Below, piece after piece: positions 41,040 through 52,774 of a stretch of DNA of 64,000 nt. The position numbers and the translations under genes were made by a program. The number at the start of each line of letters is the position of its first letter. The first letter of the stretch is position 1. The notes under the pieces were generated by a model. The model made no database searches. It saw nothing but the letters and a program-made list of their open reading frames with translations, and had not been told where the DNA came from. The DNA is from Opitutia bacterium (lineage in GTDB: Bacteria; Verrucomicrobiota; Verrucomicrobiia; Opitutales; Opitutaceae), in the NCBI GenBank assembly GCA_947478395.1, contig CANJVR010000006.1, positions 32,001-96,000 on the forward strand. Direction: 5' to 3'.

Positions 41040-41267
41040 GGCGCGAAAATACACCGGCTAAACTTTCCCAGAGCAAGACTCCAGAGGAAGATTCACCGCC
41101 AAACTTTCGCATAAAATAAGAACGTTGGCCACGAAGAGGCCCAAGCTTTTCGCCCCTTTCGTTCGCGTCGCACGCGCTTCCATCAGCGCAGGGTGACTTC
41201 GTCCGAGTCCGCAAAATTCCTATGCCTCTTTGTGGCCAGAACTCCGATGCTCGGTTGCCTCGCTCGC

Positions 41268-42278
41268 TCAACGCATCGCCTGCGCCATATCCTTCGCAAA
41301 ATAGGTCAGGATGATGTTCGCCCCCGCACGCTTGATCGCGAGCAGCGACTCATGGCGCGTGCGGGCCAGATCGAGCCAGCCCAATTTCGCCGCGGCTTGA
41401 ATCTGCGAATACTCGCCCGATACCTGATAGGCCGCGATCGGCTTGTGCGTCTGGCTCCTCACCTCGCGAATAATATCCAGATACGGTCCCGCCGGTTTCA
41501 CCATCACCATGTCCGCGCCTTCGGCCGCATCGAGCGTCGCTTCGAGCAATGCCTCGCGCCGGTTCGCTGGATTCATCTGATACGTCGCCTTGCTCAGCAA
41601 ACGCGTGCCCGCCGCTTGCGCGCTGCCGACCGCGTCGCGAAACGGCCCGTAGTACGCGGAGTTAAATTTAACTGAGTAAGCCAGAATTCCGGTGCCCGAA
41701 AAACCCGACGCATCCAGCCCGTTGCGAATCGCGCCCACCCGGCCGTCCATCATGTCGCTCGGTGCGACAAGATCGACGCCCGCCCGCGCCTGCAGCACCG
41801 CCATCTGCATCAAGATGCCCACGGTGCGATCGTTTTCCACGTCGTCGCCAGCCGCGTTGAGCACGCCGTCGTGGCCATGCGTCGTGTAAGGATCGAGCGC
41901 GACGTCCGTGATCACCACGAGTTCCGGCACCGCTTTCTTCACCGCCCGCACCGCGCGCAACACGAGCGTCTCCTCGTTCAGCGCCTGCGTGCCTTCCTCG
42001 TCCTTGAATTTCGCATCGAGCTTCGGAAACAAAGCCACGCCCTTCACGCCCAGTTTCCAGAGCGCACGACATTCCTTCACCAGATCAGCGACGTTCAACC
42101 GGAAAACCCCGGGCATGGACGCGATCGCATCTGGCGGCGCCTTTCCGTCCACGACGAACAGCGGCGCGATAAAATCCGCCGGCCGTAGGACGGTCTCCTC
42201 CACGAGCGCGCGCAAGGCCGGCGTGCGCCGCAGGCGGCGGGGACGTTGTAGCAAATTCAATTTGAAAGGCTCGGCCAT
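41268..42278 (-). CDS. hemB: Porphobilinogen synthase
   Basis: RPRRLR, DVALDPYTTHGHDG (Asp-rich, Zn-independent type), APSDMMDGR, YGPFRDA, MVKP, YQVSGEY. Confidence 0.96.
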   Translation of the reverse strand: MAEPFKLNLLQRPRRLRRTPALRALVEETVLRPADFIAPLFVVDGKAPPDAIASMPGVFRLNVADLVKECRALWKLGVKGVALFPKLDAKFKDEEGTQALNEETLVLRAVRAVKKAVPELVVITDVALDPYTTHGHDGVLNAAGDDVENDRTVGILMQMAVLQARAGVDLVAPSDMMDGRVGAIRNGLDASGFSGTGILAYSVKFNSAYYGPFRDAVGSAQAAGTRLLSKATYQMNPANRREALLEATLDAAEGADMVMVKPAGPYLDIIREVRSQTHKPIAAYQVSGEYSQIQAAAKLGWLDLARTRHESLLAIKRAGANIILTYFAKDMAQAMR

Positions 42279-42724
42279 AGTCGGGAAAGAGCCCGATAAA
42301 AACCGCGAAACCCGCTCGCGGCCACCCTGAAATTATTTCCGGTTCATCCGGCGCGAAGCCCCGGATGCTATTGCACGCCCGGGGCGGTTCCGCACCGGTC
42401 GCACCCCTGAAAAATCACGCGCTAGCCGCTGCGATCCGGTGCCCCCGCCGTGACGCCTCCAATCCCGGCGCACGTAAATCAAGACCGGAGCGCCGCCGTC
42501 ACCGCGAGTTTTCCAATCAATGCGGGTTTTCCGCCGAATAAAATCCTGTTGGGCAACATGGCGGGGCGGGCCGGCCACCTTTTGTCGATGGAGTAGCACG
42601 ACGCTTCAGCCCCCGGTTTTGCCCTCTCCTTTATTTCGAAAACGCGTGCTAAGCATCGCGCTCCATCGGACCCCGAAATTTCCGGTCGCAACCATTCGCC
42701 CCGGGGCCCAACTTTTCGGCCTTC

Positions 42725-44089
42725 ATGGCCATTCAGCTCTACGACTCGCTTGAGCGTAAACTCAAACCACTCGCCCCGTCGCACGCCGACGGCGTGATTC
42801 GGTTCTATAATTGCGGCCCCACGGTCTACGCCCCGGCCCACATCGGCAATTTCCGCACCTTTGTCATTAACGATGTTCTCCGCCGTCTCCTCGAACTCGA
42901 GCTCGGTGCGGGGAAAGTGAAACACGTCCGCAATCTCACCGATGTCGACGACCGCACGATCAGCCAGGCGCAGCGGGAAAAACATCCGCTGGGCGAAATC
43001 ACAAAGAAGTGGACCGCGAAATTCCACGCCGATTGCGACGCGCTCAACTGCCTGCGGCCGCACGTCGAGCCCACGGCGACCGGCCACATTCCCGAGCAGG
43101 TCAGCATGATCGAGTGCCTGATGGAAAAGGGTAACGCCTACCGCGCCGCGGATGGCTCGGTGTATTTCAAAATCGATTCCTTCCCGGGCTACGGCGCTTT
43201 GTCGCGCATCAAGGAGCGCGAACTCAAGGTCACCAACACGGTCGCCGATGCCGACCATAAGGATTCCGTCTCCGATTTCGCCCTCTGGAAAGCGTACAAG
43301 CCCGAGGAGGACGGCGACGTGAAATGGCCCGGTCCCGCGGGTGCGAGCGAAGGCCGTCCTGGCTGGCACATCGAGTGCAGCGCGATGATCAAAAAGCATC
43401 TCGGCAAAACCATCGACCTCCACACCGGCGGCGTGGATTTGTTGTTTCCCCACCACGAAAACGAGATCGCGCAAAGCCAATGCTGCAACGGCACGACCTT
43501 CGCGCGTCACTGGTACCACAGCGAACATCTCCTCGTGGAAGGCACGACGATGAGCAAGAGCAAGGGTAACTATTACACGCTCAGCGATCTCGTGGAAAAG
43601 GGCTACTCCCCGATGGCCGTACGTTACGCGCTGCTCATGGGCCATCCGCGGAAACAACTGAACTTCATGCTGGATTCGCTGCACGCGGCGGAAAGCGCGC
43701 TCGCGAATCTAAGGGCTTATCGTGCCTCACTGGCACCCGTCACCACGGCTCACGACGCCTTCGCTCCGGTATTCGCCGCCCTCGAAGACGACCTCAACAC
43801 GCCCGGCGCGCTCGGCGCGCTCTTCACGATCATCAATCGCAAAGAAGGCCCAGCCGACGCCGCGGCCTTCGATCGCGTGATGTTCGCTCTCGGTTTGGAC
43901 CTTAATCAAGCGGCCCCACCGAAAGCCGAAACGCCCAAGGAGATCACCGCTCTCGCCGAAAAACGCTGGGCTGCAAAACAGGCCAAAGACTTCGCCGCCG
44001 CCGATGCGCTGCGCAAAGAACTCTCCGCCGCCGGGTGGTCCATGCTCGACCGCAAAGACGGCTACTCCCTCGAACCGCTGAAAAAATAA
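42725..44089 (+). CDS. cysS: Cysteine--tRNA ligase
   Basis: CGPTVY, HIGN, GRPGWHIECS, FPHHENE, TMSKS. Confidence 0.96.
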   Translation: MAIQLYDSLERKLKPLAPSHADGVIRFYNCGPTVYAPAHIGNFRTFVINDVLRRLLELELGAGKVKHVRNLTDVDDRTISQAQREKHPLGEITKKWTAKFHADCDALNCLRPHVEPTATGHIPEQVSMIECLMEKGNAYRAADGSVYFKIDSFPGYGALSRIKERELKVTNTVADADHKDSVSDFALWKAYKPEEDGDVKWPGPAGASEGRPGWHIECSAMIKKHLGKTIDLHTGGVDLLFPHHENEIAQSQCCNGTTFARHWYHSEHLLVEGTTMSKSKGNYYTLSDLVEKGYSPMAVRYALLMGHPRKQLNFMLDSLHAAESALANLRAYRASLAPVTTAHDAFAPVFAALEDDLNTPGALGALFTIINRKEGPADAAAFDRVMFALGLDLNQAAPPKAETPKEITALAEKRWAAKQAKDFAAADALRKELSAAGWSMLDRKDGYSLEPLKK

Positions 44090-44209
44090 CCCCACGCCGC
44101 GATGGCCCGAAAAATACCGATCAGCTCGCCCGCGCTCGAATCTTAGTTCCTTTGCGTCTTCCCGCTTAATCCGAATTCATTTTCTTTTCCCTCCTTTTCC
44201 ACTTCCGCC

Positions 44210-46162
44210 ATGTCCATGTCCCCCCTCGAAGAACTCCGTCACTCCGCGTCGCACATTCTCGCGACAGCCATCCTGCGCATCTTCCCCGATGCCAAACTCG
44301 ACATCGGCCCGCCGACGGACACGGGGTTCTATTACGATGTCGACCTCGACCATAAATTCACGGCCGAGGATCTCACGAAGCTCGAGGCCGAGATGAAAAA
44401 AATCGCCGACGAAAACCAGCCGTTCTACCGCAAGGAAGTTTCGCGCGAGGAAGCCGTCGAGATCATCAAAGCCCGCGGCCAGGAGCGCTACAAACTCGGC
44501 CGGCTCGCCGATATTCCTGCCGACGAAAAAATTTCGTTCTACCAAAACGGCGAGTTCATGGATCTCTGCGCCGGCACGCACGTGCGCTACTCGTCGAAGT
44601 TGAAAGCGTTTAAACTCCTTTCCATCGCCGGCGCCTATCACCGCGGCGACGAAAAAAACAAACAACTCCAGCGCATCTACGGCACCGCGTTTCCGACGAA
44701 GGAAGAACTCGCGCAACACCTCGACCGCCTCGAACAGGCCCGGGCGCGCGATCACCGCAAGCTCGGCAAGGAGCTGAAACTTTTCCACATCGACGAAGAC
44801 GTCGGCCAGGGCCTGATCCTCTGGACGCCCAACGGCTCGATCATCCGCCAGGAGTTGCAGGACTTCATCGGCGGGGAACTCCGGAAGCAGGGCTACTCGC
44901 AGGTCTTCACGCCGCACATCGGTAAACTCGAGCTCTACAAAACCTCCGGCCACTTTCCCTACTACAAGGAATCACAGTTCCCCCCGATCTTCGAAAACGA
45001 GTCGCTCGCGAAAGCGATCGGCGAAGGTTGCGCGTGCGGCGATGCATTCGCCCGGCTCGAAGCCGTCTCCGCACGGCTCGCGGCGCAAATCAACCAGCGC
45101 ACCGGCAAGGAAACGATCGCGCCCGACCGCGTGCGGCCCGACGACCAGCTCCTCGACGGCTTCATGCTGAAGCCGATGAACTGCCCGCATCACATCAAGA
45201 TTTTCGCCTCGCAGCCGCACAGTTACCGCGATCTGCCCGTGCGTCTCGCCGAGTTCGGCACCGTTTACCGCTGGGAACAATCCGGCGAACTCAACGGCAT
45301 GACGCGCGTCCGCGGCTTCACGCAGGACGACGCCCATCTTTTCTGCACCGAGGATCAAGTCGCTGCGGAAGTGCTCGGCTGTCTCGCGCTCGTGAAAGTC
45401 GTGCTCTCAACGCTTGGCATGCACGACTACCGGGTGCGCGTCGGCCTGCGCGATCCCGACGGCAAAAAATTCGCGGGGAATCCGGAGCAATGGGATAAAG
45501 CGGAGGCCGCCTGTCGCGACGCCGCGAAAACTCTCGGCGTGCCTTTCACCGAGGAGCCGGGCGAGGCCGCGTTCTACGGACCGAAGATCGACTTTGTCAT
45601 CAAGGACGTGATCGGCCGCGAGTGGCAGCTCGGCACCGTGCAGGTGGATTACGTTCTCCCGGTGCGCTTCGATCTTTTCTACACGGGCGCCGATAACGAA
45701 AAACATCGTCCGGTGATGATCCACCGCGCGCCCTTCGGCTCGATGGAGCGTTTTTGCGGCGTGCTGATCGAACACTTCGGCGGTGATTTCCCGGTCTGGC
45801 TCGCACCGGAGCAAGTCCGCCTTGTGCCCATCAGCGACAAAGTGAACGACTACGGCGCGGGCCTACTCGCGCAGCTCAAGGCCGCTGGTTTTCGCGCGTC
45901 GCTCGACACGCACAGCGACAAGCTCGGGGCCAAAATCCGCCGCGCTGAACTGGACAAAATTCCGTACACGCTCGTGCTCGGCGGCAAGGAAGCTGAAGCC
46001 CAAGCCGTGAGCGTACGCAGTCGCGCGAAAGGCGACGAAGGCGTGATGCCCTTTGCCGATTATCTCGCGCGCTTGAAAACCGAAATTGCGACCCGCGCGC
46101 TGGCGGAAAAGAAAGCCCAGCCGACGTCTCCCGCTCCGACTGCGCCCAACCCGAATCAATAA
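44210..46162 (+). CDS. thrS: Threonine--tRNA ligase
   Basis: HSASH, DLCAGTH, RDHRKLG, KPMNCPHH, RVRGFTQDDAH, FYGPKID. Confidence 0.97.
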   Translation: MSMSPLEELRHSASHILATAILRIFPDAKLDIGPPTDTGFYYDVDLDHKFTAEDLTKLEAEMKKIADENQPFYRKEVSREEAVEIIKARGQERYKLGRLADIPADEKISFYQNGEFMDLCAGTHVRYSSKLKAFKLLSIAGAYHRGDEKNKQLQRIYGTAFPTKEELAQHLDRLEQARARDHRKLGKELKLFHIDEDVGQGLILWTPNGSIIRQELQDFIGGELRKQGYSQVFTPHIGKLELYKTSGHFPYYKESQFPPIFENESLAKAIGEGCACGDAFARLEAVSARLAAQINQRTGKETIAPDRVRPDDQLLDGFMLKPMNCPHHIKIFASQPHSYRDLPVRLAEFGTVYRWEQSGELNGMTRVRGFTQDDAHLFCTEDQVAAEVLGCLALVKVVLSTLGMHDYRVRVGLRDPDGKKFAGNPEQWDKAEAACRDAAKTLGVPFTEEPGEAAFYGPKIDFVIKDVIGREWQLGTVQVDYVLPVRFDLFYTGADNEKHRPVMIHRAPFGSMERFCGVLIEHFGGDFPVWLAPEQVRLVPISDKVNDYGAGLLAQLKAAGFRASLDTHSDKLGAKIRRAELDKIPYTLVLGGKEAEAQAVSVRSRAKGDEGVMPFADYLARLKTEIATRALAEKKAQPTSPAPTAPNPNQ

Positions 46163-46177
46163 TCCGAAGCGAAGACA

Positions 46178-46205
46178 GGGCGCTTTATCCATAACGTGCC
46201 CTACC
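46178..46205. repeat. REP family C
   Basis: GGGCGCTTTATCCATAACGTGCCCTACC. Confidence 0.6.
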
Positions 46206-46238
46206 TTCGAGCTTGGTCGCTTCGTGCCTCACCTTCCG

Positions 46239-46751
46239 ATGATTTCTGAGCCCGAGTTGCCCGCGTGGAAACCCGAACTCGACGCCATCGTGGGCGCGCG
46301 CCACGGCGGACAGGTGGAGCACGTTCTGGGTTTACTGCAAAAGCTGGATGGCCGTTTTCCCCACGTCGCCGAGATCGCTTTTCAACTCGCTTGGACGCAC
46401 GACGTGCTCACTCAGCCGCGCGAAGCCCGGCCCCACTATGAACGTGCGATCGCGCTTGGCTTGGCCGCCAACGAACTTGCCGGTGCGCTCATCGGTCTGG
46501 GCTCGACGTGGCGCAGTCTCGGTGAGCCAGCTCGCGCGGCGGAGATTTTACGCGCGGGTCGCACGCAATTTCCGAATCATCGCGAGTTCGATATTTTTCT
46601 AGCTCTAGCCTTACACGATCTCGGAGATCACACGGCCGCATTGCAGCTCGCGCTCACGGCTCTCGTGGAGACCAGCGATGATCCGGGCGTTACCGCGTAT
46701 CAGCGCACGATCCGGTTTCAGGCGGTAAAATTGGGCGGCGATCGGAAGTAA
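46239..46751 (+). CDS. Tetratricopeptide-repeat protein
   Basis: AWTHD, YERAIALGL, GLGSTWRSLGE, FLALALHDLG. Confidence 0.82.
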   Translation: MISEPELPAWKPELDAIVGARHGGQVEHVLGLLQKLDGRFPHVAEIAFQLAWTHDVLTQPREARPHYERAIALGLAANELAGALIGLGSTWRSLGEPARAAEILRAGRTQFPNHREFDIFLALALHDLGDHTAALQLALTALVETSDDPGVTAYQRTIRFQAVKLGGDRK

Positions 46752-47387
46752 GCGTCGTTTTGTCGGCGGGGTGCCCTCACGCGCATGGAATGCGCCCAGC
46801 CAGCAACGCCCGTCGCCGGATGAGGGCAACCCGGCCGCACAATGAAATCATGTAGCCTGTGACCAGCGTGCGTTGCCGATGCGGAAAACGTTCCCGCGCC
46901 CACGCCAGACAATTCATGCCGTTGGCTTCTGGCGCTAAGGGGCGGCGACCTCGATCTCGAACGATCGTTTCTTAAAAATGAAATCGGCCTCGCAGGCGGA
47001 GGTGACAGCGTTGACAGCGCAGTTGGAATCGAGCGCCGCCGCGATCACTTCCAGGAGAGGCTTCGCGGCAACGACCAGTAATCCGCCCGCCCGATCTGAT
47101 CAGCTCGAGGCCGAAGCAGCGGCAAGAAAGCCGCCCCGCTGCTGGGCGTGAATTCCCCGAAAACCGGCAAGCGGGCTGACGGCCGGCTCAGCTCCGGTCA
47201 GGTGCATCTCAACATTACGGCCCGATGCTGGGCTAAACCGCCGAGGAAGCGTCCAGCTCTTTTCGATTTGGATCGGTTGAACGCGACCGAAATTTTCTGC
47301 GCTCGGATCTTCCACCCGAATGTGGAGTTCTAAGGAAAGATAATACCAGCCACCCTTAATTTCTCCGCCTCCAAACCGAAATTTTAT

Positions 47388-47456
47388 TAACCACGGATTT
47401 CACGGATGGCACGGATAGGGCAAAAGCATCCGTGGCATCTGTGAAATCCGTGGTTA
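47388..47456. repeat. Family E: 9-bp-period tandem units in inverted arms
   Basis: TAAC-CACGGATTT-CACGGATGG-CACGGAT ... ATCCGTG-GC-ATCTGTG-AA-ATCCGTG-GTTA; degenerate copy at 52591-52650. Confidence 0.8.
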
Positions 47457-47476
47457 CCGGCATGGCGGGTTGGGAT

Positions 47477-47503
47477 AAAAAGCCGGGCCCGGAGGCCCCG
47501 GCT
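47477..47503 (-). terminator. Intrinsic terminator downstream of the large TBDR
   Basis: Minus strand reads AGCCGGG...CCCGGC-TTTTT; an additional 12-bp perfect hairpin lies at 47516-47543. Confidence 0.65.
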
Positions 47504-47554
47504 CAATATCCGTCATCCTGCTCTACCCCACGGTAGAGCAGGAACGGACCCGGA

Positions 47555-50500
47555 CTAGAACTTCGTGGTCACACTCAGCAGAACATTCCGCGGAGTCTGA
47601 CGCCACCAGTAGAGCCCTGGCACGGTTACGCGCGAGGGATTGTTGAGGTCGCCATTACGCGGGCGCAGATTCGTCCCGATGTAAATCGGATCGATATCGC
47701 TGAGCAAATTGTCGACCTTGAGATCGAACTCAAATGTCAGCTTGTTGCTGTATTTCCACAGATAACCGAGGTTCAGCGTGACGTTATAGTAGGCATCCGA
47801 CTTCACCGTGTCGTATGGTCCGACCGAGGGATCATCGATCGTACGAGTCGAGTTGGCTGGATCGACGATCGTGTCGCTGCCGCGGTAGCCGATAACTTGC
47901 GCGCCGCGATAATTCACGCCGCCGCCGATTTTCACGCCCTTGAGGACGCCGGAGGAGAAGCGATAGTCGGTGTAGATGTTAGCGATGAACTTCATCGAAC
48001 GGGCCAAGTCCTGCGCACCCGTGACGATGCTTTGGCGATCTTGGTAAACGGCGTTCCAAGCTGTCGCCACGTTCTGGTGCTCGTTGTTTGGCGCACGCAG
48101 ATTGGCGGCAACCGAAGGATCGACGGTCGCGAAATTTGAGCTGTCGATCAAGATGCCGGAGTCGGCCAGGACCTGCTTCAGCGCCGTCTGGTTCGCGTCG
48201 AAATAATTACGGAAGTCCGGCGCGGTGTCTTTCTGCACTGCTTTTGGCAAAGCAAAGTTGAACGTCATGCGCCAGTGCGGCGTGAGGTTCGCGATCGTTT
48301 CGAATTCAACGCCTTTGTTTTCACGGGTGCGAGAATCCCAGCCGGGGGATGGCACGAGCGGAATGCCGCGGGCATTGATACCGTTGTCCGACGTGTCCCC
48401 GAGTTTGTTCGAACTCAGGATCGTGTTGAAGCTCGCCCAGCGTGCGATGCCGAGATTGCCCGTGTTGATGCCCTCGTTCTCTTCCTTGCCCTCGTAGTAG
48501 GTGACGGTGGTGTTGAGGCGGCCGCCGAGTAGATTGAAACGCAAACTCGCGTCCTTGCCCTCAGATTTGCGCATCGGGAAAGTCGTGCCGTCGAAACGCT
48601 GAGGCGCATCGTTATAGTCCGCGCCCTGGGAATAATTCACCGCCGCGGTGATCCACGAGTTGATGTGATAAACGAGCCCGCCAAACGCGGAACGGGTCCG
48701 TGCGTTCAGGGGTGGATTCGAGTAATCGGCACGGAAGCGATCGTTCTTATATTGCGCCAGCCGGAAGCCAGCCGAGTCACGCGGGACCGAGACCGCGGGT
48801 TGCGCCGGGCCGGTCGGAACTCCATTCGCGTCCTTTGGAATGTAAGTGAGCCCCGTCCATTCCGCTTGGGAAATAAACGGCAGGAACTTTGATTTGTACG
48901 GATTCCAGTTCGTGCCGACGAGATCGCGATTGTTCCAAGACACGCGGCCTTGGCGGTAAACATCGTCAACGCGGCCCGATGCGATACCGATCAGGCGGCC
49001 ATCGAACCAACGGCCGCGAATGGACGCCTGCCCAAATTCAACTTTGCGATTTTCCTCGTTGAAGCCGGGAATCCAGCCCGCGCCGGCGCTCTGGACGTTG
49101 CCGGCATTATCGAGATAGCTGACCGTCGTGGGCAGGTTCATATTGAAGCTGTCCGGATAACGCAGGTAGCGGCGGAACATGACTTGTTCGCTGGCCTGAT
49201 TCCAGTTCGCCGTCTCGTTCCCGCGCTCCACCTGGTAGGAGTCGGCTGTGTAATACCGGTCAGAATAAGCGCTGCCCATCATGGCTTGGAGCGTGTAGCT
49301 GCCGAAGCGTGTGTCATCGAGCACATAGGCGGCGGAAAGCCGGTGATTACGACCACGCCAGTCGTCATGCCGCTTCTGCAGGCGACCTTCCGTATACGGC
49401 TCCAAGAACATCGGATTGGCCCGCCCATCGGGCAACGTGCGGTTGATGTCGATGTACTCGTTGATACCGGTGCCCGCGTAAACGTGCTGATAAGCGTTCC
49501 GCTCGTTATAGGAGGTGTTACTGGCCATCTCCAAATAGAGATTTCCGATCTGATGCGTGAGAAACACGGAAGCGATGCGCGCATCGCGCCAGGACAATGG
49601 GTCGTTCGTGAGGCCGAAGCGGTCCTTGATGCCGGGCACGCGGAAATTAGAATTGGCCTGCGCCACGTCGTAACGATTGCCGGGGAGATTAAAGCCCTCG
49701 GTCACCGGCGTGAGGTCGAAGTTATTATTTCCAACGTAGGACGCGCCGCCGAGCTTGCTCGTGGCCGTAACGCCGGTCGTGCGACCCTGCCCCATCGCGT
49801 CGATGATATTAATTTGGTTCTGAGCCGGCGAATAGATGAACGAATTCACGTTCGTCGCGAGATTGCCGTAGGAAACCACCCCGAGCGCCGCCGCATTGGA
49901 CGGTGTGGCCTGACGGCTGGCATAAACCGTTTTCCCGTCCCAGCCCATGATGCCGTCGTAGTAGGTGTGGTAGGGCGTGTTGATGTCGTAGAATCCGCGC
50001 TCGGCCTCGACGCGGAGTTCGGTGCGTTCGAACAAGCGAAGTTTACCGGCCAGATGGATGGCGCGGTTTTTCTTACTTTCGCCGTCGCGCCAGCCTTGAG
50101 CAACTTGCTCGAGCGCATTCACCCGGATGGCCGCCCGCGCGTTCAAGCGCAGGTTATAGTCGAGCGTGGCCCGGCGGTTATCCCAAGAGCCGTAAGTAAG
50201 GCGTAATTCGCCAAAATTTTTATCGAGTCGCGCCTGTTTGGTGATCGCGCTTTGCGCACCACCGAACGATGCAAAACCGAACAACACCGCATTGGGCCCG
50301 CGGCCGTAGTCGATGCGGTCCAGATTATACGAATCGAAATCCATCTGGTATTGGAAGAAATCGCGCTGGGCAAAAAAGCTCGAGACGCCGCGGCTGGAAA
50401 CCAGGACGGAGCCGCCGTAGGTGTTTTCGTGGCCATGGTCTGGCACCCGGGTGGTATTGGGCGCCCAGTCCGCTGCCTGTTCCAGGCTCGTGATTTGCAG

Positions 50501-50833
50501 GGCGTCGAGGAATTCTTTGTTCAAAACCGAATACGCCACCGGCGCATCCTTCAGATCGATGGCCAACCGGCCGCCGGCAACGGCGGTCGCGGCGGCGAAG
50601 CCCTGGTCGCGCCCGGTGTTCACCTCAAACGGGGTCAACAAGACGGTCCCTTCTTTCGATTCCGAGGCGACCGAAATCACCGCGGATTTAGGAGCGGGCG
50701 TGGACTGGCTTGCACCGGGAGCCACAGCCTGACCGTGCAGGAAAACAGCCGGGGTAAAGAGGAGGACGGCGGCGAGTGCGCCCCAGCGGGAACGCGAGCG
50801 ATTGAGGTTATTAGTAGCGACGGGTCGGATCAT
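47555..50833 (-). CDS. Large TonB-dependent receptor (1092 aa)
   Basis: Signal peptide, TVLLTPFEV, plug DSYNLDRIDYGRGPNAVLFG, C-terminal PRNVLLSVTTKF. Confidence 0.9.
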   Translation of the reverse strand: MIRPVATNNLNRSRSRWGALAAVLLFTPAVFLHGQAVAPGASQSTPAPKSAVISVASESKEGTVLLTPFEVNTGRDQGFAAATAVAGGRLAIDLKDAPVAYSVLNKEFLDALQITSLEQAADWAPNTTRVPDHGHENTYGGSVLVSSRGVSSFFAQRDFFQYQMDFDSYNLDRIDYGRGPNAVLFGFASFGGAQSAITKQARLDKNFGELRLTYGSWDNRRATLDYNLRLNARAAIRVNALEQVAQGWRDGESKKNRAIHLAGKLRLFERTELRVEAERGFYDINTPYHTYYDGIMGWDGKTVYASRQATPSNAAALGVVSYGNLATNVNSFIYSPAQNQINIIDAMGQGRTTGVTATSKLGGASYVGNNNFDLTPVTEGFNLPGNRYDVAQANSNFRVPGIKDRFGLTNDPLSWRDARIASVFLTHQIGNLYLEMASNTSYNERNAYQHVYAGTGINEYIDINRTLPDGRANPMFLEPYTEGRLQKRHDDWRGRNHRLSAAYVLDDTRFGSYTLQAMMGSAYSDRYYTADSYQVERGNETANWNQASEQVMFRRYLRYPDSFNMNLPTTVSYLDNAGNVQSAGAGWIPGFNEENRKVEFGQASIRGRWFDGRLIGIASGRVDDVYRQGRVSWNNRDLVGTNWNPYKSKFLPFISQAEWTGLTYIPKDANGVPTGPAQPAVSVPRDSAGFRLAQYKNDRFRADYSNPPLNARTRSAFGGLVYHINSWITAAVNYSQGADYNDAPQRFDGTTFPMRKSEGKDASLRFNLLGGRLNTTVTYYEGKEENEGINTGNLGIARWASFNTILSSNKLGDTSDNGINARGIPLVPSPGWDSRTRENKGVEFETIANLTPHWRMTFNFALPKAVQKDTAPDFRNYFDANQTALKQVLADSGILIDSSNFATVDPSVAANLRAPNNEHQNVATAWNAVYQDRQSIVTGAQDLARSMKFIANIYTDYRFSSGVLKGVKIGGGVNYRGAQVIGYRGSDTIVDPANSTRTIDDPSVGPYDTVKSDAYYNVTLNLGYLWKYSNKLTFEFDLKVDNLLSDIDPIYIGTNLRPRNGDLNNPSRVTVPGLYWWRQTPRNVLLSVTTKF

Positions 50834-51012
50834 GGTGTGCAGGGTTAATCTCAAGCCAGCAGGAGCCGGCGGGAGACGTTGGGGCTGGTGAATAACGAGG
50901 CTAAGGACACAGACGACCTGAGGGGAAAGGCCGACGTTCACAGTTATGGTATAGCCTTGAAGGGGCGGGGATGGACGCGGATGACGGCGACTAATTCAAG
51001 CTCGTTTTCTGA

Positions 51013-52416
<1,404 letters not shown>

Positions 52417-52465
52417 TCGTTTCGATTAAAGCCGGGTGTTCCCCACCCGGCTCCTTCCTCCTTTC

Positions 52466-52495
52466 AGGCCGGGCTAAAAATGCCCGGCCTTTTTT
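52466..52495 (+). terminator. Intrinsic terminator of eno
   Basis: AGGCCGGGC-TAAAAAT-GCCCGGCCTTTTTT. Confidence 0.85.
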
Positions 52496-52774
52496 GTGCG
52501 CCCACGGGAACACCGCCGCGTTCCGGCGCAGCCGCATGCGCTCCTCCCACGGTGCCCTTCGATTCATACCGATCAGACCAGATGAATTGGACCACGGTTT
52601 ACCAGGGTGACACGGCCCCTTAGATGGCGTCATCCGTGTGATCCGTGATTTAAAACCCCTTCAGATCACCGGTGAAATCGTTCAAACGTCACGGTGATTG
52701 GGACCCAACCCCGATTTGCCTATCCCCTCGACCTCAGTCCAGCCCTTCATACGCTCCCGCCGAAACTCAATTCG

